From positions 856 to 64,855 of the forward strand of contig JACPJN010000006.1 of NCBI GenBank assembly GCA_016187515.1: a stretch of DNA of 64,000 nt. Reading direction: 5' to 3'. The DNA is from Candidatus Uhrbacteria bacterium. Its GTDB lineage: Bacteria > Patescibacteriota > Patescibacteriia > GWA2-47-26. The translations under genes and the position numbers were made by a program. The notes beneath the pieces were generated by a model, which was not told where the DNA came from, ran no database searches, and worked only from the letters and a program-made list of their open reading frames with translations. Below, piece after piece: positions 18,563-27,006 of this stretch (its first letter is position 1; each line of letters starts with the position of its first letter).

Positions 18563-18925
18563 CTAAAAAGGTTTCTTTTTTACAACGCGTTTCTTTTTTG
18601 ATACACCTTTTTTCATTTCTCGCGCTCCAGTTAATGCCTCAAGGTATCCCCCACGCCCAAAGCTCAACCAGCGCTCTACGCGTGAAATAGTCGCTGGTCC
18701 GCAATTCAATCGATCAATAATATCCTTGTAGGTAGCCCCCTGCAGCAGCATATCTGCAATCATAAGGCGCCGGATTAACATCAAACGTTCCTGTCTATTC
18801 AAGAGATCTTTGAGAAAGTTGTGAATCGACTGCTTGGTTTTGAGATCACAAAGGGTTTTACAAAACCAATCCATGAGCCGATCTTGGGTATTATAAGGTA
18901 TTCGCTTTTCATTATATCGCGCCAT
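18563..18925 (-). CDS. TrpR-like protein, YerC/YecD family
   Basis: 120 aa. LNRQERLMLIRRLMIADMLLQGATYKDIIDRLNCGPATISRVERWL matches the Trp-repressor-like YerC/YecD HTH. It ends in a Lys-rich basic tail. Confidence 0.7.
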   Translation of the reverse strand: MARYNEKRIPYNTQDRLMDWFCKTLCDLKTKQSIHNFLKDLLNRQERLMLIRRLMIADMLLQGATYKDIIDRLNCGPATISRVERWLSFGRGGYLEALTGAREMKKGVSKKKRVVKKKPF

Positions 18926-19174
18926 ATATTTGAGTACACTTCTATGCTACATAGCATGGAAGTGTACCATTATTTCAATTTTCTCACAATCCCCCGCTCC
19001 GCGTCAACCCCAGCACCAAAGCCCAAAGGAAAATCGTGGTGAATGGAGGTGCGAGCCACGGATTCCGCCTACGGCTACGACTATTGTATTCAAGGTTCCG
19101 GCTGCGGCTTGGTGCGGGGCAGGCCTCCACCCAATCGCCGTCTTTGAAAATTTTAGTAGCGATTTTGGTGACGA

Positions 19175-19456
19175 TCAGAATAACCGCCGCAACCTATCAT
19201 AAAAATTCTCGCGTGGACCTACAAGATGGATGATCACTAGTTTCTGCATCGCTTCAATTGTATATGCCACTCGATACTGCACATTTTGAAACTTAAAGTG
19301 GAAGGAAAACAAAAAAGAGAGCGAGCCGTGAAGCTTCTCTCCGGTATGCGGATTAGTAATCAACATCTCGGTCGCCTTGAGCAATTCCTGCTCGGCATCG
19401 CGCGAAAGTCGTTTGAGCGACTTTTTCGCCGATGGCGTAATAACCCTCCTAAACAT
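19175..19456 (-). CDS. Type II toxin, RelE/ParE family
   Basis: 93 aa with the RelE/ParE pattern (ITPSAKKSLKRL...KLHGSLSFLFSFHFKFQNVQYRVAYTIEAMQKLVIIHLVGPRENFY). The antitoxin ORF lies immediately upstream. Confidence 0.75.
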   Translation of the reverse strand: MFRRVITPSAKKSLKRLSRDAEQELLKATEMLITNPHTGEKLHGSLSFLFSFHFKFQNVQYRVAYTIEAMQKLVIIHLVGPRENFYDRLRRLF

Positions 19457-19468
19457 ACCCCGCGCTTG

Positions 19469-19696
19469 TTATCGTCCTACGGCATCTTCAAGCGGCTCAA
19501 ACATTCCGGCCTCCGCCTCCTCCAGGCTTTTTTCAACGGTCTCCATTGCATTACTATCAAGAAGCAACGCCAGCGTTTCGCGTTCAGTAGCGGAAAGCGT
19601 AGGACGCAGGGTCTTAATAGTGATCACCGCCTCCCTCGCCTTTTCAAAAGTATAAGGATGGGGATGGTTATGGATAGTAGTTGCACTTGGATTCAT
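19469..19696 (-). CDS. Type II antitoxin (RelB/ParD/Phd-like) paired with RelE/ParE toxin
   Basis: 75 aa, acidic C-terminus, 12-nt gap to the toxin gene, same strand. This is the typical antitoxin-first arrangement. Confidence 0.6.
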   Translation of the reverse strand: MNPSATTIHNHPHPYTFEKAREAVITIKTLRPTLSATERETLALLLDSNAMETVEKSLEEAEAGMFEPLEDAVGR

Positions 19697-19757
19697 ATAT
19701 CATAACCTTACATCAAAGTATGTATTCTGTCAAATTTTCCGCGCAATCCCCTCTTGT

Positions 19758-20639
19758 TTACTCCACATTTTGTACCGGATGCTGCTGCCTATACAAATCA
19801 ACAAGTTCAAGCAAGCGCTTTTGATCTATATCATACTCTTTCCCGCGAAACTTCAATTTCATATCCATCCGCCCTTTCTCATCTCGTTTAATATCAATTT
19901 CAACTGCCTCACCCGGCTTAACCATCCCGCCAATCTCCTCTAATTTTTCAAATCCGCGCGTCCCATCTTTTTTTAAAAGCACCTCTTTCAAAAACGCTAC
20001 CAGTTTTGGCCCATGGGTCAAATTTTCAAACCGCACATCCAAACCCTCATATAATTTTCCGGACATATTGACACCCACTGTCAACCGGTGCGCCATCTCC
20101 GCCGCAATATCTTCCAGGGCTGGCGCCCCAAGGTCACGAGTTTTATTCTGATTCGCGAGCCACCAATCCACAACTGCGGGCAATTCTTTTGCCACGCCTT
20201 CTTGTCTGGCCGCGCCTCTGATAATCGAAAATCCTTTCTCTGGGTCAAGATCACCTGATCGGTAAATGACCACATCCCCAGGCGGTATTTTTCCGTGTCC
20301 CATCTTTTCTTGCTGCTCCCCGCTCATTTCACGATTTACAATCGCGGCCGCGCCTGCCTCATCGCGAAAAGAGCCAAGCATATGCCCTCCGCTCTCACGA
20401 GCGCGTTTTACTCCTCTGCTTCCCGCTACCATCAAATACGCGTCCTGCGGAAGCTCGCGGCCGGTCTTTTTTGCCAACTCAACGCCCGCTTCAGTTAAAA
20501 AATCCATAGGAGTTCCGGCTTTCTCGTCTATGCCCGGCTGTTCATGCCGCCGGAATACGAATTTAACATTCACGTTTTTTCCGCGTTCGCGGCCTTCTTG
20601 CCGCGCCTCGCGGTATGCTTCCTGAAATCGCTTAAACAT
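19758..20639 (-). CDS. Hypothetical protein (293 aa)
   Basis: Long ORF with balanced composition. The FRRHEQPG and MGHGKIP motifs are suggestive but not diagnostic of a His-phosphatase-type fold. Confidence 0.35.
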   Translation of the reverse strand: MFKRFQEAYREARQEGRERGKNVNVKFVFRRHEQPGIDEKAGTPMDFLTEAGVELAKKTGRELPQDAYLMVAGSRGVKRARESGGHMLGSFRDEAGAAAIVNREMSGEQQEKMGHGKIPPGDVVIYRSGDLDPEKGFSIIRGAARQEGVAKELPAVVDWWLANQNKTRDLGAPALEDIAAEMAHRLTVGVNMSGKLYEGLDVRFENLTHGPKLVAFLKEVLLKKDGTRGFEKLEEIGGMVKPGEAVEIDIKRDEKGRMDMKLKFRGKEYDIDQKRLLELVDLYRQQHPVQNVE

Positions 20640-20751
20640 ATAATGAATAGTGTGTTAGACGTTAGGATGATATTATATCACAGGCAGACATCCTTTGTAG
20701 TTATATGCACTGTCGAACTATATCATGGATCAGTGCATGTGCAGGAGAACA

Positions 20752-21783
20752 CTATTTGATTATCCGTACAATTCCTTTAATCGCATCTACTTCTACTTGC
20801 TGGCCATCACGCAAAACTTTCGTTGCGATTTTGGTGCCGATGACGCAGGGTTTTTTAAGCTCACGAGCGACAATCGCGGCATGGCAAGTAATTCCTCCCT
20901 CGTCAGTCACAATCGCCGCGGCTTTCTTGACCGCGGCTATCAGCCGAGGTGTAGTCATTATAGAAACTAATATTTCCCCTCTCTTCATTTGATGCATCTG
21001 CGCGTCGGTATTTACAATGCGTACACGGCCCTGTACACGGCCGGGCGATGCACACATACCCTTGAGTTCACGCAATATCACGATCTTTTCCTTTGATAAT
21101 TCTTTTGCTTCAATTACACGCGCTTTTTTCCCGGTATAAAGAAACATCTTGCCATGCTTCAAAAGCAACACATAGTAGTAACGCCGCTGTTTTAGAACAT
21201 CTTTAGACAATCTTTTTCCGGACTGTAATAGCTGCAAAAATTCTTCTGGGAGATAGTACAGTACATCATTTTTTGCTACATCGTGCTTTCTGGCAATCCT
21301 CATTAATACCGGTCGCAGCCGATCCCATGCTTGACATGTTGCAACCTCTGCCTTCTCATGCCAATGTCCTACTGTTTTTAGTTCATGTGCAGTAGATTTT
21401 TCTAGCAGTTTAGCTAATCCTTCGGTATAAAAAACAATCGCGCGACCGAGTTGATAATCATGAATAAATTGAGAGAGAGTTTCATGGTTTTGCTGCCTGG
21501 AGAATTTCTTTGTTGAATTGCTAAGATGTATCAAAATTTCTTTCCAGAAAGGTAAAAATTTGTTAAGATACTGCCGTTTATATTCTGATTCAATAATAGC
21601 AAGGCGCCGGTTTGTTTCAGGAATATGAACATACAAGGCAGTCAATCCGTCACGATTCACAGTTAGCAAATTTCGCACATGTACTTGTGAATGACTACCA
21701 AACATCTCGCGATATCCCGCGACTCGTAAATATCTTTCGAATAGGGCTGTTTCTCTTGTGACAAGCAGCTGCCATTTTTTCAT
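20752..21783 (-). CDS. RPH-like central + swivel phosphohistidine domain protein (paralogue 5), directly downstream of the stand-alone ATP-grasp gene
   Basis: C-terminus GEILVSIMTTPRLIAAV...GGITCHAAIVARELKKPCVIGT. Together with 21852..22994 it recreates the RPH/PpsA domain order split at the domain boundary. Confidence 0.7.
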   Translation of the reverse strand: MKKWQLLVTRETALFERYLRVAGYREMFGSHSQVHVRNLLTVNRDGLTALYVHIPETNRRLAIIESEYKRQYLNKFLPFWKEILIHLSNSTKKFSRQQNHETLSQFIHDYQLGRAIVFYTEGLAKLLEKSTAHELKTVGHWHEKAEVATCQAWDRLRPVLMRIARKHDVAKNDVLYYLPEEFLQLLQSGKRLSKDVLKQRRYYYVLLLKHGKMFLYTGKKARVIEAKELSKEKIVILRELKGMCASPGRVQGRVRIVNTDAQMHQMKRGEILVSIMTTPRLIAAVKKAAAIVTDEGGITCHAAIVARELKKPCVIGTKIATKVLRDGQQVEVDAIKGIVRIIK

Positions 21784-21851
21784 AGTGTCGTAATCGGCCT
21801 ACTCTGCACCCCGCACCAGAACAAGTTCGATGCGGGGCAGGCAATATAAAA

Positions 21852-22994
21852 TTATAGAGTAGTTATGGGTCTACTCTGAACAATAAAAAATTTATTTCGC
21901 TCAAGACACCATTCCACATCACATGGAAAGCCATAGTGTTTTTCGATTTTGGCGCAGAGTTTGGCCAGCTCCACGATTTGGCGGCCGTCGAGTTTTTGGC
22001 GGTGGAGGAATTTTGTGGGGACAGCGATTTCGCGCGTGCCGCCCGATTCGGCTCCCCTCTTAAGGTAAGAGGGGCTGGGGGAGTTATGAGAAGTTCGTAA
22101 CCCCTCCTGACCTCCCCTTACCCTAAGGGGAGGAACGCCACGACGTACAATCATCTTTTTCTGCTCGGATACGCTCACATCAATCAAACTCCAATCCCTT
22201 TTGTCTATAACATACGCGTCCGGCGTTACTTGCCCGCCGACCAGCGCCTCGCCTAATCCCCAGCACGCCTCAATAATCATTTGGTGTTTATCTTTAGTCA
22301 CCGGATGCACCGTAAAGCATACGCCCGCAATTTCCGACTGCACCATTTTTTGCACCACCACCGCCACAGATACATGCGACTTGTGCATGCCTTTTTCATT
22401 GCGATACACCAACGCACGAGGAGTAAACAGCGATGACCAGCACTGCTTCACATTGCCCAAAAGCACCTTCTCCGTGGTGTTCAAATATGACTCAAGCTCC
22501 CCTGCCCACGAGGCCTGCGAAGAATCCTCGGCCGTGGCTGACGAACGGACAGCAACAAACAAATCCCCCTCCCTTAAGGTAAGGGAGGGCTGGGGAGGGT
22601 TATGAGCGTTCCCGTCCGAGGCGGACAGGCGTAACCCCTCCCGACCTCCCCTTACTCTAAGGGGAGGAGATTGTTTAGCAAGCGCACGATACGCACCCAA
22701 TATCTCCTCTTGCAAATCCTTGGGCATCCGCTCGTCGTGGATCAGATCACGAATCGTTTCCGAAGCATGCTCTACGCGGTGGATGTCTTTGTAGTTAAGC
22801 TCATGCACGATGGAGTCAACCTCAACTTTCAAATCCGTCTCCTGCAAAAACCGCTCAAACGCGCTGGCAGTTACCACAAACCCCGGCGGTACCGCAATCC
22901 CCGCCTTAGTCATCTCCCCCAGCGACGCCCCTTTGCCTCCCGCAATATGCACGTCCTTTTTGGAAAGCTCTTTGAAAAATTTTATGTGCTGCAT
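21852..22994 (-). CDS. Stand-alone PPDK_N-type ATP-grasp domain (PEP synthase/rifampin phosphotransferase N-terminal nucleotide-binding domain), two in-frame hairpin-repeat insertions
   Basis: Classic N-terminus MQHIKFFKELSKKDVHIAGGKGASLGEMTKAGIAVPPGFVVTASAFERFL and C-terminal ...HYGFPCDVEWCLERNKFFIVQSRPITTL. In-frame inserts at 22051-22135 and 22565-22670. Confidence 0.8.
   Translation of the reverse strand: MQHIKFFKELSKKDVHIAGGKGASLGEMTKAGIAVPPGFVVTASAFERFLQETDLKVEVDSIVHELNYKDIHRVEHASETIRDLIHDERMPKDLQEEILGAYRALAKQSPPLRVRGGREGLRLSASDGNAHNPPQPSLTLREGDLFVAVRSSATAEDSSQASWAGELESYLNTTEKVLLGNVKQCWSSLFTPRALVYRNEKGMHKSHVSVAVVVQKMVQSEIAGVCFTVHPVTKDKHQMIIEACWGLGEALVGGQVTPDAYVIDKRDWSLIDVSVSEQKKMIVRRGVPPLRVRGGQEGLRTSHNSPSPSYLKRGAESGGTREIAVPTKFLHRQKLDGRQIVELAKLCAKIEKHYGFPCDVEWCLERNKFFIVQSRPITTL
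22051..22135. repeat. Inverted pair of hairpin units in the ATP-grasp gene
   Basis: GCTCCCCTCTTAAGGTAAGAGGGGCTGGGGGAGTTATGAG-spacer-TAACCCCTCCTGACCTCCCCTTACCCTAAGGGGAGG. Confidence 0.85.
22565..22670. repeat. Inverted pair of hairpin units in the ATP-grasp gene (second insertion)
   Basis: CCCCCTCCCTTAAGGTAAGGGAGGGCTGGGGAGGGTTATGAGCG...GTAACCCCTCCCGACCTCCCCTTACTCTAAGGGGAGG. Confidence 0.85.
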
Positions 22995-23023
22995 ACAACT
23001 TTAAAAAAACGCAGCGCATCTGA

Positions 23024-23386
23024 TTACCGCTGCAGAGTCAATGTATCATGTGGAAAATCGATGTACAACGAATACCTGAATCGCTTCAATAATCCCACAC
23101 CTACAAGAGGAATTCCTCGGCCAACTAGCACGCTCACTACATGCACGGTATTTTCCATGGAAACCTCCGCGAGCGCCGCATCCCAGTGCACAATTTCCTC
23201 ATTTGCCAAAGAAACTGGTTCAGTATGACTAATCTCCAGTCCCAACTCCGCAACTTTTTTCGGCGGTATTTTCAACTCTCCGGTAAATCCCGTATCTATA
23301 AGCGCAACAATTTCTTGTACACTTTGATGCCAGCCCACGACAAGCGCAATTAATGGTTTGTTCTGATACACAACCCCTTTCAGCAT
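23024..23386 (-). CDS. Retropepsin-like (clan AA) aspartic protease, single-domain
   Basis: 120 aa with the ALIDTGFTGEL active-site DTG motif and a typical size for bacterial/archaeal retropepsin-like proteins. Confidence 0.65.
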   Translation of the reverse strand: MLKGVVYQNKPLIALVVGWHQSVQEIVALIDTGFTGELKIPPKKVAELGLEISHTEPVSLANEEIVHWDAALAEVSMENTVHVVSVLVGRGIPLVGVGLLKRFRYSLYIDFPHDTLTLQR

Positions 23387-23389
23387 ACT

Positions 23390-23662
23390 TTATGCTTGCA
23401 ATCGAGCAAGGGTCTCCGCCGCGGAATATCCAATTTTCACCACATAAAAAACTTTTTCAGGATATTTCTTTTTTGCTTCCTCAACCGCCTCCGCACTCGT
23501 ATTACCGATAAATACCTCGCTGGTATCAATATCAATCGCCAAAAACTTTCCGCGATCCTTAGGGCCGTACTCCCCTTTTATTTGCTCGTAAATCTTCCTC
23601 CCCTCGCGCGCAATCTGTTCAATATCAACCTGTTTTACGAGATTGACAGTTGACGTATTCAT
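23390..23662 (-). CDS. Small hypothetical protein (90 aa) immediately upstream of retropepsin-like gene
   Basis: Compact ORF separated from the protease gene by 3 nt, suggesting a two-gene module. Confidence 0.4.
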   Translation of the reverse strand: MNTSTVNLVKQVDIEQIAREGRKIYEQIKGEYGPKDRGKFLAIDIDTSEVFIGNTSAEAVEEAKKKYPEKVFYVVKIGYSAAETLARLQA

Positions 23663-23671
23663 AGAATGACT

Positions 23672-23917
23672 TTAGTGAATTGCGAGTTGCCCCATTAAAT
23701 TTTTTGTATTATCAAATCCCTTTGTCCTTCCAGAAAAATATTCAAGATGCGCCTCGGCAACCATCTCATCAATCGTTGCGGGCTCATTTACCTCACGCAG
23801 AGAATCAACATCAATTTCACATACTACCTTGTTACTGGACTCATTGCGATACAAACACTTAAGAGCAGTCAAAGGAATATTGACCGCGGCATGTGTGGAT
23901 TGCGTATTCATATTCAT
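23672..23917 (-). CDS. Small hypothetical protein (81 aa)
   Basis: ORF with protein-like composition 9 nt upstream of 23390..23662. No recognisable family. Confidence 0.3.
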   Translation of the reverse strand: MNMNTQSTHAAVNIPLTALKCLYRNESSNKVVCEIDVDSLREVNEPATIDEMVAEAHLEYFSGRTKGFDNTKNLMGQLAIH

Positions 23918-24084
23918 CTAGATAATAATTATCCTCTGCCTCTATACTGTCATGTTACCATGATCATATCTGCCTGTCAACCTGCGTTCCGACAAAATAT
24001 CCTTCAACTGCGTAAGTTCGGTAATCGCATAAGTCGGCATTCCATTCTTGAGCATTTAGAAGTTTAGCGCTGAATTTCCCTCTT

Positions 24085-24873
24085 TTAATCAAATCCATTG
24101 TATCCATAAATCACTGATACTTCAAGTGGTCTCGTCAAAATACCACCAATCATTTTTGTGCCATAACATTCCTCGATCTTCTGTTTGGTTCCCTCTCTGC
24201 GATGTTCTGGAACGATTCCCCATAAACTTGTTGATTGGAAATATTGTAATGCCTGTGCCATTGTAAAATATTCTTTATGATCAAAACCGCGCCTGTGCAC
24301 TTCAGTAAATCCTGCCTGCACTAAAATTTCCTGCGGATCATAGAGCGCCTTAACATGCGGCGGTATATTCTCTACAACATTGCATACAATATCTCTGTAA
24401 TCCTTCTTAAATTCTGCTCGATCATTCTTATTTACCACAAAAAATAAACCGCCATGCTTCAACACCCGACGAATTTCAGAGATTGCCTGCGCATTGTAAA
24501 ACCAATGAAAAGCACCAAATGCAGTTACCGCATCAAACACCTCATTCTCAAAAGGAATCTTCTCCGCTCGCGCTTGAATATATTCAATGTTATATCCTTG
24601 ATAGCTCTTGGCAACATTGAGCATCTCCTCGTCAGGATCACAACCTATAATTTCTCCACCTCGCGCTGCAAGTTGCCTCGTGGAGATGCCTGTACCGCAA
24701 CCAATATCAAGCACTCGTGACGGTAGATCTTTTACCAACAACCAAAACAGCTCTATCACTTCTTGGGGATATCCTTGGCGTCCTGTATTATATGCGGTAC
24801 TGAATGCTCCAAAATCTCCATAACCGTGTGGACATGTCGCGGTTGTGGTTTCCATATAGTTTCCTACGTCCAT
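24085..24873 (-). CDS. Class I SAM-dependent methyltransferase
   Basis: Motif I VLDIGCGTGISTRQLAARGGEIIGCDPDEEML and downstream motifs of the Methyltransf_11/25 type. Confidence 0.8.
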   Translation of the reverse strand: MDVGNYMETTTATCPHGYGDFGAFSTAYNTGRQGYPQEVIELFWLLVKDLPSRVLDIGCGTGISTRQLAARGGEIIGCDPDEEMLNVAKSYQGYNIEYIQARAEKIPFENEVFDAVTAFGAFHWFYNAQAISEIRRVLKHGGLFFVVNKNDRAEFKKDYRDIVCNVVENIPPHVKALYDPQEILVQAGFTEVHRRGFDHKEYFTMAQALQYFQSTSLWGIVPEHRREGTKQKIEECYGTKMIGGILTRPLEVSVIYGYNGFD

Positions 24874-24896
24874 GCTCTAGAGCATGGAAGCAAACT

Positions 24897-25886
24897 TTAC
24901 AACAACGCACTCGCCACCGCAAAATACACGAGCAAGCTCAAAATATCCTGCACCACGGTGGCAAACGGGCCGGCGCCCAGCGCTGGGTCGCGCTTAAAAC
25001 GGATGAGAAGCCAGGGGATAAAAATCGCTACCAGTCCGGCAAGCACAATCGCGATTGCCATGGCTACCGCCACGGCCAAGGCGAGGTCAGCGCGCCTCGT
25101 AAAGAATCCGGCAAACCCAAAAAGGATGATTGAAAGAAACGCCGCGAGCACGCTATCCACTATCACTTCCTTCGCCAGATATCCGGCGGTGGAAAGTTTT
25201 TTGATTGCCGAGGCGCGAATAAAAATGATCTGAGTTTGCGCGCCAACCGCGGATGCCATATAGACCGTAAGCGGCATGAAAAACGCCAGTTGCACAGTGC
25301 GCGCCAGCGCCTCTTCAAAACGGCTCACCACAAAAGTCGCCAAAAATCCGCCAAACAGTCCGAGCACCAGCCAATTTAACCGAATGCGAATAAGATGCGC
25401 GACTTTATCATGCAGCATCTCTAAAATATGTTTTTGTTCTATAATCTCAACGCCTCCGATGCGTAAAAGGTCTTCAGTGTGCTCACGGTGCAGCGTATGC
25501 AAAATGGTGTCGGTGCCGACAATGCCAAGAAATTTACCCGCATGATCTTGAACCGGCACGGCTTTGATGCCGTGCTGAATCGCCGTGATCGCCGCGCGCT
25601 CTAAAGTGGCATGGGGATGGATTGTTATAAAATCATGCTTGGTGATTTTTGAAATCGGCGTATCGGCATGCTCACGCAAAAGTTCTTTGATGGAGACCAC
25701 GCCCTTAAGTACGCCATCCTCCACAATATAGATATAATTAATGGACCCAAACTCATGCTTTTTGTCGGTCAAATGCGCCACCACCTCGCGCACCTTGGTT
25801 GTCGGCGCGAAAGTGGGGACTTTAGTTAAAAGATGCTGATCCACAAGTTTTGACGTCATAGTGCTCATTATATCATGTTTTCTCAA
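24897..25886 (-). CDS. mgtE: Magnesium transporter MgtE (CBS pair + C-terminal TM domain)
   Basis: Central CBS domains followed by a 5-TM MgtE-type membrane domain (…FFMPLTVYMASAVGAQT…). Confidence 0.75.
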   Translation of the reverse strand: MRKHDIMSTMTSKLVDQHLLTKVPTFAPTTKVREVVAHLTDKKHEFGSINYIYIVEDGVLKGVVSIKELLREHADTPISKITKHDFITIHPHATLERAAITAIQHGIKAVPVQDHAGKFLGIVGTDTILHTLHREHTEDLLRIGGVEIIEQKHILEMLHDKVAHLIRIRLNWLVLGLFGGFLATFVVSRFEEALARTVQLAFFMPLTVYMASAVGAQTQIIFIRASAIKKLSTAGYLAKEVIVDSVLAAFLSIILFGFAGFFTRRADLALAVAVAMAIAIVLAGLVAIFIPWLLIRFKRDPALGAGPFATVVQDILSLLVYFAVASALL

Positions 25887-26298
25887 AAAGCTCTGCCATA
25901 TTCAAGGCGGCTTTTGCCGCGCAGTACCCGCGATTATCGTGGTTGTTACGGCTGCGCGCCTCGGCTTGTTTCCAGGTGTTACAGGTAATAATTCCAAGCG
26001 TAACCGGAATCATATATTCTTCGGCCACTTCTTGAAGCGCGGGAAAAATCGCGTGATTAATCCAATAGTCATGGGTGGTCGCGCCTTTCACGACCGCCCC
26101 GACGGTCACGATTGCGGCGTACTTTTTGGTACGGGCCAGCAGGTGGGCCGCCAGCGGAATCTCCCACGCGCCCGGCACGCGCACGATTTTGATGCGCGAG
26201 GCCGGTACGCGCGCCTCCTTAAACGCTTTGAGCGCTCCGTGTAAAAGTCCCTCGGTAATTTCTTGGTTAAAGTTTGCGACGACGATGGCGTAGTGCAT
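25873..26298 (-). CDS. ribH: 6,7-dimethyl-8-ribityllumazine synthase
   Basis: MHYAIVVANFNQEITEGLLHGA...GAWEIPLAA...VTVGAVVKGATTHDYWINHA are hallmark RibH motifs. Start set at ATG 26298 to match the conserved N-terminus. Confidence 0.85.
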   Translation of the reverse strand: MHYAIVVANFNQEITEGLLHGALKAFKEARVPASRIKIVRVPGAWEIPLAAHLLARTKKYAAIVTVGAVVKGATTHDYWINHAIFPALQEVAEEYMIPVTLGIITCNTWKQAEARSRNNHDNRGYCAAKAALNMAELFEKT

Positions 26299-26361
26299 AG
26301 TGTGGTGATTAGATGATTCGCAATTAGATAATTCGAGTTGCCTAATTATCAAATCATCGAA

Positions 26362-27006
26362 TTATCGTTCGCGAAGCGAACTAATTATCCGCTCAACATA
26401 TTTAGCCAGTATATCAACTTCAACGTTCACCTTATCTCCTACGCGCACTTCACCCAAATTGGTGTGTTTTTGTGTGTACGAGGTCAGTGCTACGGAAAAG
26501 CTACCCACCCCCTCTTTCTCCCCCTTGACAAGGGGGAGATTAAGTGGGGGTCCCACCTCCACAATCGTAAGCGCCACGCCGTTTACCACCACCGACCCTT
26601 GCGGCACAAGATAGCGCGTGAGCGCGCGTGGTACGCCAATAACCACGTACCGCGTGTGCCAGCGTGTGCTGACTTTACGCACCACCCCTACTCCATCTAC
26701 ATGTCCGGAAATAAAATGCCCGCCAATCGGCTGGCCTGCGAGCATCGCCGGCTCCACGTTCACGCGATCACCGACTTTCCACGCGCCAAGTGTGGTTCGC
26801 TTAAGCGTGGAATCCAGGAGTTCAAAGGTCAGTGTACCACGCGCACGTCGAAGTGAAGTCAAACACACCCCATCCACACTCACGCTTCCGCCTTCTGGAG
26901 CGCGGCGCGCGATTTTTGGATTGGTTTTGATGGTGATAAATCTTGCTTTGCCGCGCGCCTGCACACGCTCCACTGTGCCAAGCGCCTGAATTATTCCTGT
27001 AAACAT
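26362..27006 (-). CDS. ribE: Riboflavin synthase (alpha subunit), carries an in-frame hairpin-repeat insertion
   Basis: MFTGIIQALGTV...VSVDGVCLT and a second lumazine-binding repeat (GHFISGHVDGVG...VNGVALTIVE). The insert at 26518-26550 encodes PLNLPLVKGEKEG. Confidence 0.85.
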   Translation of the reverse strand: MFTGIIQALGTVERVQARGKARFITIKTNPKIARRAPEGGSVSVDGVCLTSLRRARGTLTFELLDSTLKRTTLGAWKVGDRVNVEPAMLAGQPIGGHFISGHVDGVGVVRKVSTRWHTRYVVIGVPRALTRYLVPQGSVVVNGVALTIVEVGPPLNLPLVKGEKEGVGSFSVALTSYTQKHTNLGEVRVGDKVNVEVDILAKYVERIISSLRER

